DNA from: Anthoceros angustus
Taxonomy: Eukaryota; Plantae; Anthocerotophyta
Length of the DNA: 64,000 bases
Assembly: GCA_010909165.1 (NCBI GenBank)
Contig: MU008228.1
Coordinates: 64,818 to 128,817 of the forward strand
Reading direction: 5' to 3'
Under the pieces are notes generated by a model, which was not told the origin of the DNA, did no database searches, and worked only from the letters and a program-made list of their open reading frames with translations. The translations under genes and the position numbers were made by a program. Shown piece by piece: positions 12,251 through 23,843 of the stretch (its first letter is position 1; each line of letters begins with the position of its first letter).

Positions 12251-14162
12251 CAACCACCAACGCCAGATGCCATCGGTGGTCTTCAAAACTCAGATCCTCA
12301 AGACTGATGCCTGCTCACTGCTTTCTTCCACCCGCGAATTAGTAAGCGCGGCAAGAACCCACACCACCACCGCCACCCAACAACCTCGCCAAGAACGATA
12401 GGGCGTGGAAAGAGCGAAATTTTCATAAGGTGCCATTCCATTGATCAAAAGGATGTCCACGCACATCGCCAAAAATTGCACCTAGCATCAAACCCTATCT
12501 CCCTGCGGCCTTCCTAAGCGTGCCCCTATGCAAAAACCAAGCGGTGATGCAACTCGAGCACAAGGGATGACGGCGCGCCTACTTCCCTCGTCCTCCATGC
12601 GCTTCATCATCGCGGAGAACCTTAATTGTGCCCTCCTCGGCGTCGAGCATTCAGCACTCATCGCTCTCTGTCGGTTGGCAGCGTCCCGCCTCCAAGCAGC
12701 GTCCGGATTGGGCGTCGGAGGCACCGCCTTGCCCGCTTCCACTTTGGACATGTCCACTCCTCGTGGTCGCGCTTCCTCCCCTTGTGCTCGCCCTCAGCGG
12801 GTTGGGCGCACTCCGCTCTCCTCCTTCTTCCGACATGGCCTCGCTCCGCCACCGTCGGTGCTTGCTCCCCCCCTCCTCCTCCTCCTCCTCCTCGGTGTGC
12901 CGGATGCTCCTCCACCGCCGTGAGCTGCAGCCGGCACGCCTCCGCTCCTCCTCCGCAGCCACCTCCGAGCCTCGCCCTGTCTGCACTTCCGCTCCACGTT
13001 GAGATCATACTGGTGGGTGTTATTCTCCCATAAGCGCCTTCCTCAACAGATGCGCTCGATCCCACTCCCAGTGATCGCGGCCACTGGCGTTGGCTCGCCG
13101 TCGCTGGCCGCGGCGTCCTGCAGCCCCTCCACGCCTTCGATCCCGCCCTCGTTCCCACCATCTCCAGGCCCTCTCGGCCTCGGTCTCGGCCCGGCGGCGA
13201 TCATCGCATCCCCACCATGGCAGCCCTGAGCTCGGGCATGGCGGCGGACATGCATGCGCCACGCCATGCCGGGCTCGGCCTCCGGCTCGAGGCGCGTCGG
13301 GCAACATCCGCCATCCTCTCTCCCCTCGACCTCCTGGTGGCAGCCCATCGCCTCGGTCCGCGTCCTCCACCGCCGTCCCGACCTCTTCCATGTTGCCTTT
13401 CTCCTCCACGGATGGCGGCTCCCCCTCTGTCGCGAGGCGGCCTGCGCCCGCCATCGCCGGCGGGGAGGCAAAGTGACCCCCGAGGAGGTGGAGGCGCCTC
13501 ACAGGCCCCTCCTCCATAGCCATGGGAGGCAATGCCTCCCGCCTCAGTGCCCTCACCCGCCTCCATGGCGGGGAGGACAGACTGCGCCCTCTCCCGCGCT
13601 CATGCGCCTGCACCACACCCTGTGGCCTCCCCGCGCGAGGCCATGACCTCCCCTTGAGTTGGAGGGCGCTAGCGTGTTCCGCCTCCCCGCCTGCCTCCAT
13701 CGACATGGGAGGCGGTTGCCCTCCCCACCTCTGCCTCACCATTGCCATGGCGGGAGGCGATTGCCTCCCGCTGCGGCCGGACTCACCCCGTTGCCACCGC
13801 CTTACCATCGCCGGGGCGAGGCCAGCCTCCCCTTGCTTGCGAGGGCGTTTCACCACCCGCCCCGCCTGCGACATGGGGAGGGCAAATGCTCCCCACGCCC
13901 CGCAATCGCCTGGCCGGTCGCCAGGGCATGCCCAGGGAGGGCAAGGTGCCCTCTTCCCCTCCTCCTCCCCCTGTCCCCCATGTCCCCCCTCTTCCTCCCG
14001 CCTCCATCACCAAGGGGGAGGGCACACTGCCCTCCCCCATGGCGCCGCCGCCCGAAGTCCTAGCCGATGCCGTCGCCAAGGGGGAGGCCACGGTGCCCTC
14101 CCCCCCATCTGCTCCCGCTGCTGCGCCGCCGCCCTCTCCTCCTACCCATGCTGTCGCCGGTG

Positions 14163-14236
14163 GGGATGGCACGGTGCCCGCCCCCCCGCGGGATGGCACG
14201 GTGCCCGCCCCCCCGCGGGATGGCACGGTGCCGCCC
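14163..14236 (+). repeat. 27-bp GC-rich tandem repeat x3
   Basis: GGGATGGCACGGTGCCCGCCCCCCCGC repeated. Confidence 0.85.
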
Positions 14237-16882
14237 CGTGCGCTGGTCGCTTTGTCGCCTCCCGTTACGTGCCTCCATCGCCGGGAGGAGAGTCCCTCCT
14301 CACAGCTGCCTTCCCCCAACTGCCATCACCTCGCTCAAGGGGGAGGGGACGTACCTCTTCAGAACACTTGTCATCTGAGGTGCGTCGCGGGAGGCACTGT
14401 TGGCAACGACTGGGGCTGCCTCTGTACTGCAAGCGTGTAGAACGGTAGACATGGATAGGAAAGGCGAGGGAGTGAGGGCATCCCCGCTGGTATGAAATGA
14501 ACGTAAGGACCGGAGGGGCCACCACATGGCCTCCCCACAGAGGGGCTCCAGGGATAGCGTCCTTCATGGTGCACCCGGTCTCTACCGCGGGCCGGCCTCA
14601 AGGCATGGGCACAAACATTCCCTGCAAATTCTCTCCTGACCTCACGTGAATGGCGGAGGGAAATTGTGGACACGCGTGTCGGAAGCACCTTCGTGTGGAA
14701 CCGCATTCCGCTTGAAGTGGTGGCAGCAGCTATCAAATCAACGAACCTTTGAAGAGCGAGGTCCGCGATGGCAAAATACACTGAAAGAAGGCAGCCTGTA
14801 TGGGTTGTCACTTAATAAGCTAGTGGACGACATGGAAAAGCGGCAAAACCGGGGTGAAGGCCGAGGGAAAATGGAAAAGCGGTCCATCAATTTAGGCACG
14901 GGGGAACACGATGCGCGCCGGCCAGCATGAACCGAGGGCCAAGTTGAAAAATGTTGGCAGAGATATCTGGGCGAGTGGTGGGAATATCCAAGGAGGAAAG
15001 CGTCAAAATTTGGTCAAGTGAACACTGTGGGAAGCGGGATCTGAAGAAACCTACAAATGTTAACCGTAAAGGCCTCCTAAATCAAGTCCTAACAAAACCC
15101 CTGCTCCACGGTGCATAAAGCACATGACCACCAGTCCTAACCCCCATGATCACTGTCCTCGATGATGTAGAGGTCGTTCATCTCCTCCCACAGGACATGG
15201 TTGGCGTGCGTCCAATTCGTGGAAGACGTTGAGATGAAATCCAGGAGGGGGCGATAGCGTCGAGGCCGTGCGGCACAGAGTCAAGCCGTCGTGGTGAAAC
15301 TTGGCCATCCAGCCTTGAAGTCCTCCGGTGACTCCGGGTGCTTGGACCGCGAGGCCTCGCGATGATCGTTAAGACCCAATGGCCACCCATCAAAATGAGA
15401 ATGCATGAAATAGTGCGCTTCCCGGAAGGCACTCTCATGATATGGCGTCCAGTCCGGTCAAATACACCGACCACGTTCCCTCATTTCGAAAAGAACTTCA
15501 AAGTCAAGGGTAGTTCTCTATGTGGCGGATGAGGTCGTTGTGGTCCTCCGCATCTGTGTAGCATCAAGCTCCTCGTCTGACGGAGGATGCATTGGCTTCT
15601 TGGGGTCATAAGACACAGAAACAACTCACTCCACATATTAGGATCGGGTGAGCTCGGAGGAGGCGTGGAACCCTCCTCCATTGCTGCCGGACATGCTTTG
15701 TGGGCTGCAGTGCAGGGCTGCGGCATGTGAGGAGAGGGTGGGCGCCCCGCCATCCCCACCACAATCGCGTATGCCTGCAACATTACGTGCATGGGCAGCA
15801 GGCAGCCGTATGGAAGTCAGACATTTGGAAGAGAAGGAGCATCAAACAATTGAGCATCACCATGGGCAGGAAGAAATGGGGACGACGTTAGTTGGTGCTT
15901 GGTGCTTGGTGCATGGATGGATAGGATCCATACTGTGGTGCCTCCTCGCCCGGCCTGCACGCCGCCTGGCGGCGCGACGCACTGCGCCCGGTTGCCCCAC
16001 CGCCTGGCACAAGGCCGCCTCACAGACATGGTCATGCCCCGCCCGCCCGCCCGCCCGCCCGCCCGCCTGCCCGCCCCGCCACGCCGCCGCCCGCCCGCCC
16101 CCGCTTCTTCCTTCCTTCACCGCCCGCCTGCCTCGCCGATACCCAGTTAGCCCGGCCCGCCCCTCACGATTGAAGGCCCACACGCCGCCTGCCTCGCCCT
16201 GCCCCGCCGCCTGCCCAAGGCTCACGCAAGCTCGCCGCCTGCCTGCGCCGGATCAGCCGCCGCTGGCCGGCGCGGCAGGCTACGTGGCTGGCGGTGCCGC
16301 CTGCAGCGCCGTGCCGCCGCCGCCGCCGCAGCGCCGCTGCGGTAAGCGTGCTCCCTGCCGCTGACACGCCTGCCTGCACTCGCCGCCGCCCGCCTGCCTC
16401 GCCCGCCCCGCTTGCTCGCCGCCGCCGGCCGCCCAAGGCTGCGGCGTGGCGTAGGCCCGCCAACAGGTTGCCCTAAACCCTGCCCTAAACCATCCCGCTC
16501 ACCCTCTTAGCACATGAACCCTAAAACGGGCAGGTGGTTTGCCTATGAGACCACCGGACCCTAAATCGAACGGCAGCTGGAAGAAAATTTTTTGTTCCGG
16601 GAGAAAACACATAGAGTGCGGGCAAAACCCTAAAGTGCCCTTCTGAAATCCGTGATCTGGGGTCACTGCGTCTCATACCCCATTTCGGTCGGGTTACCAA
16701 ACCGGACACCAAAAGTTATGCGGAAGAAAAAAAATGCCCGTCCCCTCTGTCCTCTTTGGTATGCCATACCTCCCTGTGCAAGTCGCTTGGACGTCTTGGG
16801 ATTTAAGTTAAACTTAAAAAAAAAAAAGATAAAGCAACCACACATTCACCCCCAATGAGCACTGGCTACTTCTTCATTGTTC

Positions 16883-19800
16883 TCACGGTCGACCCTTACA
16901 ACTGCAACAACCATGCGCAAATCGATGCACGCGGTACCCATCCCTCACAACAATGTTTCTCTGTTCAAGCCTTGACATGATCTCCGTGGAACTGTGGCAG
17001 TCACTGCACATGCGTAGATTCTTTGTGACCACCAGAGGTGTCCCACTCGGAGTGTTCAAGAGACCAAATGCCAGAGCTAGCTTCTCAGCATGCCCACAAA
17101 GCGCATCTTCCTTTTCCTTCTCAGACAGTGGCTTCAACACCAATTTTGTGTCAGGTACGTGGCCTCCTTCCTGCTTCAGCCGAGCATTCGTGCTCTCTAC
17201 CTTTAACGCAATATCCTCTCTCCTTTCTCCCACCAGAAATCTATGTACCTGCTTATTCACCTCAATGGTCGCCACTGCAGGTTTCTTGTTAGCTCCTGCT
17301 GCCTTCTCTGTGTTTCAATCCTGTCTACATCGGTCCACCTACCTGCATCTGCGTAGGCATTGGCCATAAGCACATAAGCAGACGCCTGCTGAGGGTCCAG
17401 TTTAACAATGCTTTCAAAACACCACATCGCCCTCTCTATATCCCCGTGACACTTGCAGGCATTCAACAAAGACGTCAATCCCACAACATCGGTCTGGCCC
17501 TCGCATGATAACAACATGTTCTCTGCCTCGTCCAAATGGCCAGCACGCCCAAGAAGATCAATCATGCAGGTGTAATGTTCAATAGTAGGTTTGATACCAT
17601 GCTGTTCAGCCATGGAATCAAGGTGCTTGCGACCCTCGAGGACCAGTCCCCCATGACTGCAGGCTACTAAAAGGCAAGTAAAAGTAGCATCATTAGGGTG
17701 AACACCGGCAACTAACATCTCCTCAAAACAAGCAAGTGCCTTGTGACCTTCATCACAAGTACCATACCCAGCGATCAGGGCATTCCATGTCACAACATCC
17801 TTTGTCCCCAAGCTGTCAAAAGCGTGGCGTGCATCTCCCAGTTCACCACATTTTGCATACATGTCCACCAGGCAGTTGCCAACACTGTTATCCAGCAGTC
17901 CTTTTCGACAATCTGTGAGTGCAGCTGCCTGCCCTTCTGTAAGGCACCAGTGCTTCCACAGGCCTTCAGAAGGCAAACAAAAGTAACATGGTCAGCCAAA
18001 ATCAGGCCCTCCTCCTCCATTTGTCCATACACAACAAGCGCCTCTTGGCCGAGTCCTTGCTGTGCATACCCAGCAATCAGGGCATTCCACGTCACCACAT
18101 CCTTTGTGTTCATGCTGTCAAAAACCTGGCGTGCATCTTCCAGTTCACCACATTTTGCATACATGTCCACCAGGTGCCCACACTACGTCATCCAGCAGTC
18201 CTCTTTCCACAATCTGTGAGTGCAGCTGCCTGCCCTTCTGTAAGGCACCAGTGCTTGCACAGGCCTTCAGAAGGCAAGTAACATGGTTAGCCAAAATGAG
18301 GCCCGCCTCCTCCATTTGTCCATACACAACAAGCCTCTTGGCGAGTCCTTGCTGTGCATACCCAGCAATCAGCATTCCATGTCACCACATCCTTTGTGGC
18401 ATGCTGTCAAAAACCTGGCGTGCATCTTCCAGTTCACCACATTTTGCATACATGTCCACCAGGCAGTTGCCCACCACAACGTCATCCAGCAGTCCTCTTC
18501 GACAATCTGAGTGCAGCTGCCTGCCCTTCTGTAAGGCACCAGTGCTTGCACAGGCCTTCAGAAGGCAAGCAAAAGTAACATGGTCAGCCAAAATGAGGCC
18601 TCCTCCATTTGTCCATACACAACAAGCGCCTCTCCGAGTCCTTGCTGTGCATACCCAGCAATCAGGGCATGTCCATGTCACCACATCCTTTGTGGCCATG
18701 CTGTCAAAAATCTGGCGTGCATCTTCCAGTTCACCACATTTGGCATACATGTCCACCAGGCAGTTGCCCACCACAATGTCCAGCAGTCCTCTTCGACAAT
18801 CTGTGAGTGCAGTTGCTGCCTGCCCTTCTGTAAGGCACCAGTGCTTGCACAGGCCTTCAGAAGGCAAGCAAAAGTAACATGGTCAGCCAAAATCAGGCCT
18901 GCCTCCATTTGTCCATACACAACAAGCGCCTCTTCGCCGAGTCCTTGCTGTGCATACCCAGCAATCAGCACTGTCCATGTCACCACATCCTTTGTGGCCA
19001 TGCTGTCAAAAATCTGGCGTGCATCATTCAGTTCACCACATTTGGCATACATGTCAACCAGGCAGTTGCCCACCACAATGTTATCCAGCAGTCCTCGCTC
19101 GACAATCTGTGAGTGCAGTTGAATGCCCTTCTGTAAGGCACCAGTGCTTGCACAGGCCTTCAGAAGGCAAGCAAAAGTAACATGATCAGCCAAAATCAGG
19201 CCCGCCTCCTCCATTTGTCCATACACAAGCGCCTCGAGTCCTTGCTGTGCATACCCAGCAATCAGCATTCCATGTCACCACATCCTTTGTGGCCATGCTG
19301 TCAAAAACCTGGCGTGCATCTTCCAGTTCACCACATTTTGCATACATGTCCACCAGGCAGTTGCCCACACTACGTCATCCAGCAGTCCTCTTTCGACAAT
19401 CTGAGTGCAGTTGCTGCCCTTCTGTAAGGCACCAGTTCTTGCACAGGCCTTCAGAAGGCAAGTAAAAGTAACATGGTTAGCCAGAATGAGCCCCTCCTGC
19501 TCCATTTGTCCATACACAAAAGCGCCTCATGTCCCCTGCTGCATACCCAGCAATCAGGGCATTCCATGTCACCACATCCTTTGTGGCCATGCTGTCAAAA
19601 ACCTGGCGTGCATCTTTCAGTTGGCCACATTTTGCATACATGTCCACCAGGCAGTTGCCCACCACAACGTCATCCAGCAGTCCTTTTTCGACAATCTGTG
19701 AGTGCAGTTGCATGCCCTTCTGTAAGGCACCAGTGCTTGCGCAGGCCTTCAGAAGGCAAGAAAAAGTGACATGGTTAGCCAAAATGAGGCCTGCCTCCTC

Positions 19801-21221
19801 CATTAGTCCATACACAACAAGCGCCTCTTGGCCGAGTCCTTGCTGTGCATACCCAGCCATCAGGGCATTCCATGTCACCACATCCTTTGTGGCCATGCTG
19901 TCAAAAACCTGGCGTGCATCTTCCATTTTGCCACATTTTGCATACATGTCCACCAGGCAGTTGCCAACAAACAAGTTAGCAGCAATGCCACTGTGCACCA
20001 CATCACAGTGCACTGCTCTGCCAGATTCCAAGTCGGCGGCAAATGCACAAGCTTGAAGGGCAGCTACAAAGACGTGAGCATCTGCCTTCACTCCTGACCT
20101 ACGCATCTTGTGGTACAGTCGTATGGCCTCCTTAGGCTTCCCATGCTTTGCGTATGCTGAGATTATGGAAGACCACATGAAAGCATCTGGTTTCCCGACC
20201 CTGGTGAACACATCCATGGCCTCCTGCAGCCTCCCTCCACATGCATACATGCGCAGGATATGGTTCCCCAAGTATGCATTCGAATCGCACCCAAGTTTTA
20301 CTGTGAGATGATGGACTCGTCGCCCCACAACCAAATCCCTCTTAGCTGTACACAGTTTCAGCACGGTGTAGAAGAGAGTGTGAGAGATGGCGGAGTCTGC
20401 CTGCGCCAGGGATTCTAGAGCTCCAACGGCCTCAGAAAGCTTCCCCTGCTGACAGAACATGGTCACGATTTCTGACGCCTCCCAATCCTGCACGCCTGCC
20501 AGGTTCAGGCTTATCCGAGAGCTGGACTCGGAAGGAGAGGCACCATGACCCATCTGCATATCCAAGGAAACGAGCTGCTCATCAACCCAAGCTACAGCTT
20601 GTGTTGTTTAACCACAGGACCTCGCCGGACCCTTACGCCGGAAGTCAGGCGAACGGGAGCTCTTCTTATCTCGTCTGTTGTCCCACCACATGGTAGGTCC
20701 AGAAAAATTGTTGCCACAAGTGCTCCTGCTCCTGGCGACGACCATCGCTGCTGGAAAAGCCGTCCCACCACATTTTCTCGGAAGGAGGCACCATGACCCA
20801 TGTGCACATCCAAGGAAACGAGCTGTTTATCAACCCAAGCTGGCTTAAACATGTTGTTTAACCACAGGACCTCGCCGGATCCCTTACGCCGGAAGTCGGG
20901 CGAACGGGAGCTCTTCTGATCTCGTCTGTTGTCCCACCACATGGTAGGCTCCAGAAAAAATTGTTGCCACAAGTGCTCCTGTTCCTGTTCCTGTTCCTGG
21001 CGACGACCATCGCTGCTGGAAAAGCCGTCCCGACCCACACATTTTCTCGGAAGGAGAAGTGCTGGGCTCCGAGTCCCTACACTGTTGCACCTGCAGGCTT
21101 TGTTTGCCAGGGGTTGACTCCCTAGGATGAGGTGAGCGGGAGCTTCTGGTAGAACACCTGTACACACACCAAGTGCAATTTGTTGGGTCCACAACGAGTC
21201 CGGTTGCCATACTGTGGCCAT
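16883..21221 (-). CDS. PDF-PLS-PPR-DYW:KP (GRP) protein with seven central triplets and a duplicated PDF region (copy 5; frameshifted)
   Basis: ATG at 21221 (MATVWQPDS). PDF motifs at ~20820-20980 and ~20572-20727. Seven GALQKG L-motifs about 300 nt apart between ~17940 and ~19720. ORF 16883-17275 has HAEKLA...CSDCH...CCSCKGRP. Confidence 0.9.
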
Positions 21222-21774
21222 CGTTCAGAGACCGGTGTCGGAAGATGAGTCTAAAACAACAGATTATAGCAGGACGCCCAGGTAGTGTGCATCACCACAC
21301 CAGACTACGAGCAACATAATTATTGGTAGTTTCCTTGGCCGCTGTGCGGATTGGATTTTGCCCTCCCCAAGGCGAAGGCGAAGGCGAAGCTGGTGCTGTT
21401 TGAGGGTTCCCCCAGTCTCCAGGACGGGGGCAAGCCTGCGTCACACACCGAATACATGCCTGTATGTTCAGCCGAAATGAGAAGCGCCATAGACCAACTC
21501 CGTTCCACCAAATGTCAAGCAACTCTGTTTCTGTTTCTGTTGCTACTGTAGCCGGACAAACCCCAAGATTCGATAGTAATTTTTTTTTTTGTTTTGGGGC
21601 CGAGTTGGAGCTGGACCACCGCCTGTCTCGATGCGCTGAGGTGGAGCTCCAGCTGGGCGCCGTAAGGAGGAAGGTGGAGCTCCAGCTCCAGCTCTGCCCC
21701 ACAAGGAGCCCAGTGGCCGATCCGGCCCCGTTGCGATCGGCCTGATGGAGAAGAAGGTGCATCGAGCATTTTCA

Positions 21775-22565
21775 GCTATGGCTATGGCTCTGGCTATGGC
21801 TATGGCTATGGCTATGGCTATGGCTATGGCTATGGCTATGGCTATGGCTATGGCTATGGCTATGGCTATGGCTATGGCTATGGCTATGGCTATGGCTATG
21901 GCTATGGCTATGGCTATGGCTATGGCTATGTGGCTATGGCTAATGGCTATGGCTATGGCCATGGCTATGGCTATGGCTATGGCTATGGCATGGCTATGCT
22001 ATGGCTATAGCTATAGCTATCTATGGCTATGCTATAGCTATAGCTATAGCTATAGCTATGGCTATCTATGGCTATGGCTATCTATGGCTATCTATGGCTA
22101 TGCTATAGCTATGGCTATCTATGGCTATGCTATAGCTATGGCTATAGCTATAGCTATGCTATAGCTATAGCTATGGCTATGGCTATGGCATGGCTATGGC
22201 TATGCTATAGCTATAGCTATAGCTATGGCTATAGCTATGGCTATAGCTATAGCTATAGCTATGCTATAGCTATGCTATGCTATGGCTATGGCTCTGGCTA
22301 TGGCTATGCTATAGCTATGGCTATCTATGGCTATGGCTCTGGCTATGGCTCTGGCTATGGCTATAGCTATAGCTATAGCTATAGCTATAGCTATAGCTAT
22401 GCTATGCTATGGCTATAGCTATGCTATGGCTATGCTATGCTATGGCTATGGCTGTAGCTATGGCTATGGCTGTAGCTATGGCTATGGCTATGGCATGGCT
22501 ATGGCTATCTATGGCTATGGCTATCTATGGCTATGCTATGGCTATGGCTGTAGCTATGGCTATGG
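21775..22565 (+). repeat. (GGCTAT)n / (AGCTAT)n degenerate microsatellite
   Basis: Pure GGCTAT array decaying into GCTAT, AGCTAT and GGCTCT variants. Confidence 0.97.
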
Positions 22566-23141
22566 CTCTAGCTCTTAGAGCATGTAGGGTTGTTCAAGCA
22601 AATATGGCTCTAACTCTTAGAGCATGTAGGGTTGTTCAAGCAAATATGGCTCTAACTCTTAGAGCATGTAGGGTTGTTCAAGCAAATATGGCTCTAACTC
22701 TTAGAGCATGTAGGGTTGTTCAAGCAAATATGGCTCTAACTCTTAGAGCATGTAGGGTTGTTCAAGCAAATATGGCTCTAACTCTTAGAGCATGTAGGAA
22801 TGTTCAAGCAAATATGGCTCTAACTCTTAGAGCATGTAGGGTTGTTCAAGCAAATATGGCTCTAGCTCTTAGAGCATGTAGGAATGTTCAAGCAAATATG
22901 GCTCTAGCTCTTAGAGCATGTAGGGTTGTTCAAGCAAATATGGCTCTAACTCTTAGAGCATGTAGGGTTGTTCAAGCAAATATGGCTCTAACTCTTAGAG
23001 CATGTAGGGTTGTTCAACAAATATGGCTCTAACTCTTAGAGCATGTAGGAATGTTCAAGCAAATATGGCTCTAGCTCTTAGAGCATGTAGGGTTGTTCAA
23101 CAAATATGGCTCTAACTCTTAGAGCATGTAGGGTTGTTCAC
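22562..23141 (+). repeat. 42-bp minisatellite, ~14 copies
   Basis: Unit ATGGCTCTAACTCTTAGAGCATGTAGGGTTGTTCAAGCAAAT. Confidence 0.97.
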
Positions 23142-23334
23142 AAATAATCGTGATGAATCTAGAATGGCTTGAGTTTTTCGGTTCGTTGTTTAGAATGGCT
23201 TGTGTTTTTCGTTTCGTTTTACACTTATTATTTCTTGGTATAACCAAAATTTATATTAAGGGAAGAAAAAACCAGGATATAACATAGGGCCAGCCAGAAT
23301 AGTGGCACTTGTGTTTTACACTTATTCAACAAAC

Positions 23335-23492
23335 AGTTCCTCAATGTTTTTCCTCCATAATATTCTTGTTACCCCCAATAGGTTTTGTCCCCCAAATAAG
23401 ATGGATGAAGATGTCAACAAAGAGTTCCTCAATGTTTTTCCTCCATGATATTCTTGTTACTCCCAATAAGTTTTGTCCCCCAAATAAGACAA
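23335..23492 (+). repeat. ~87-bp tandem duplication
   Basis: AGTTCCTCAATGTTTTTCCTCCAT...GTTTTGTCCCCCAAATAAGA occurs twice. Confidence 0.8.
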
Positions 23493-23592
23493 ACGAAGAT
23501 GTAAGTTCCCTTGCTGGTTTGTAGTTTCAAGAGTTGTTAGCATTTATTGCTTGGTTACAATTGTTGATTCTATGTGTTGATATTGTCCTCCA

Positions 23593-23757
23593 GCTCTTAG
23601 AGCATGTAGGGTTGTTCAAGCAAATATGGCTCTAGCTCTTAGAGCATGTAGGAATGTTCAAGCAAATATGGCTCTAACTCTTAGAGCATGTAGGGTTGTT
23701 CAAGCAAATATGGCTCTAGCTCTTAGAGCATGTAGGGTTGTTCAAGCAAATATGGCT
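23593..23757 (+). repeat. Second block of the 42-bp minisatellite, ~4 copies
   Basis: Same unit as 22562-23141. Confidence 0.95.
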
Positions 23758-23843
23758 GTGACAGAAGCAGCAAGGTTGACTTGGTCAAGGCAAAAAAGTG
23801 GCATGATAGCATGAGCATTGATATGATACTCGACACCCGGCCG

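Noticed and set aside
12488-16476. Many overlapping Pro/Ala/Arg-rich ORFs
   Set aside because: Expected in very GC-rich low-complexity DNA. No recognisable domain apart from a weak Ulp1-like hint.
17743-20056. Long antisense ORFs over PPR arrays (e.g. TWRASSSSPHFAYMSTRQ repeats)
   Set aside because: Shadow frames of the repetitive PPR coding strand.
21543-23032. ORFs with MAMAMA / AIAIAI / MALTLRACRVVQAN repeats
   Set aside because: They are stop-free translations of micro- and minisatellites.
22562-23141. Regular 42-bp repeats resembling a CRISPR array
   Set aside because: Units are head-to-tail with no unique spacers, there are no cas genes, and the context is eukaryotic.
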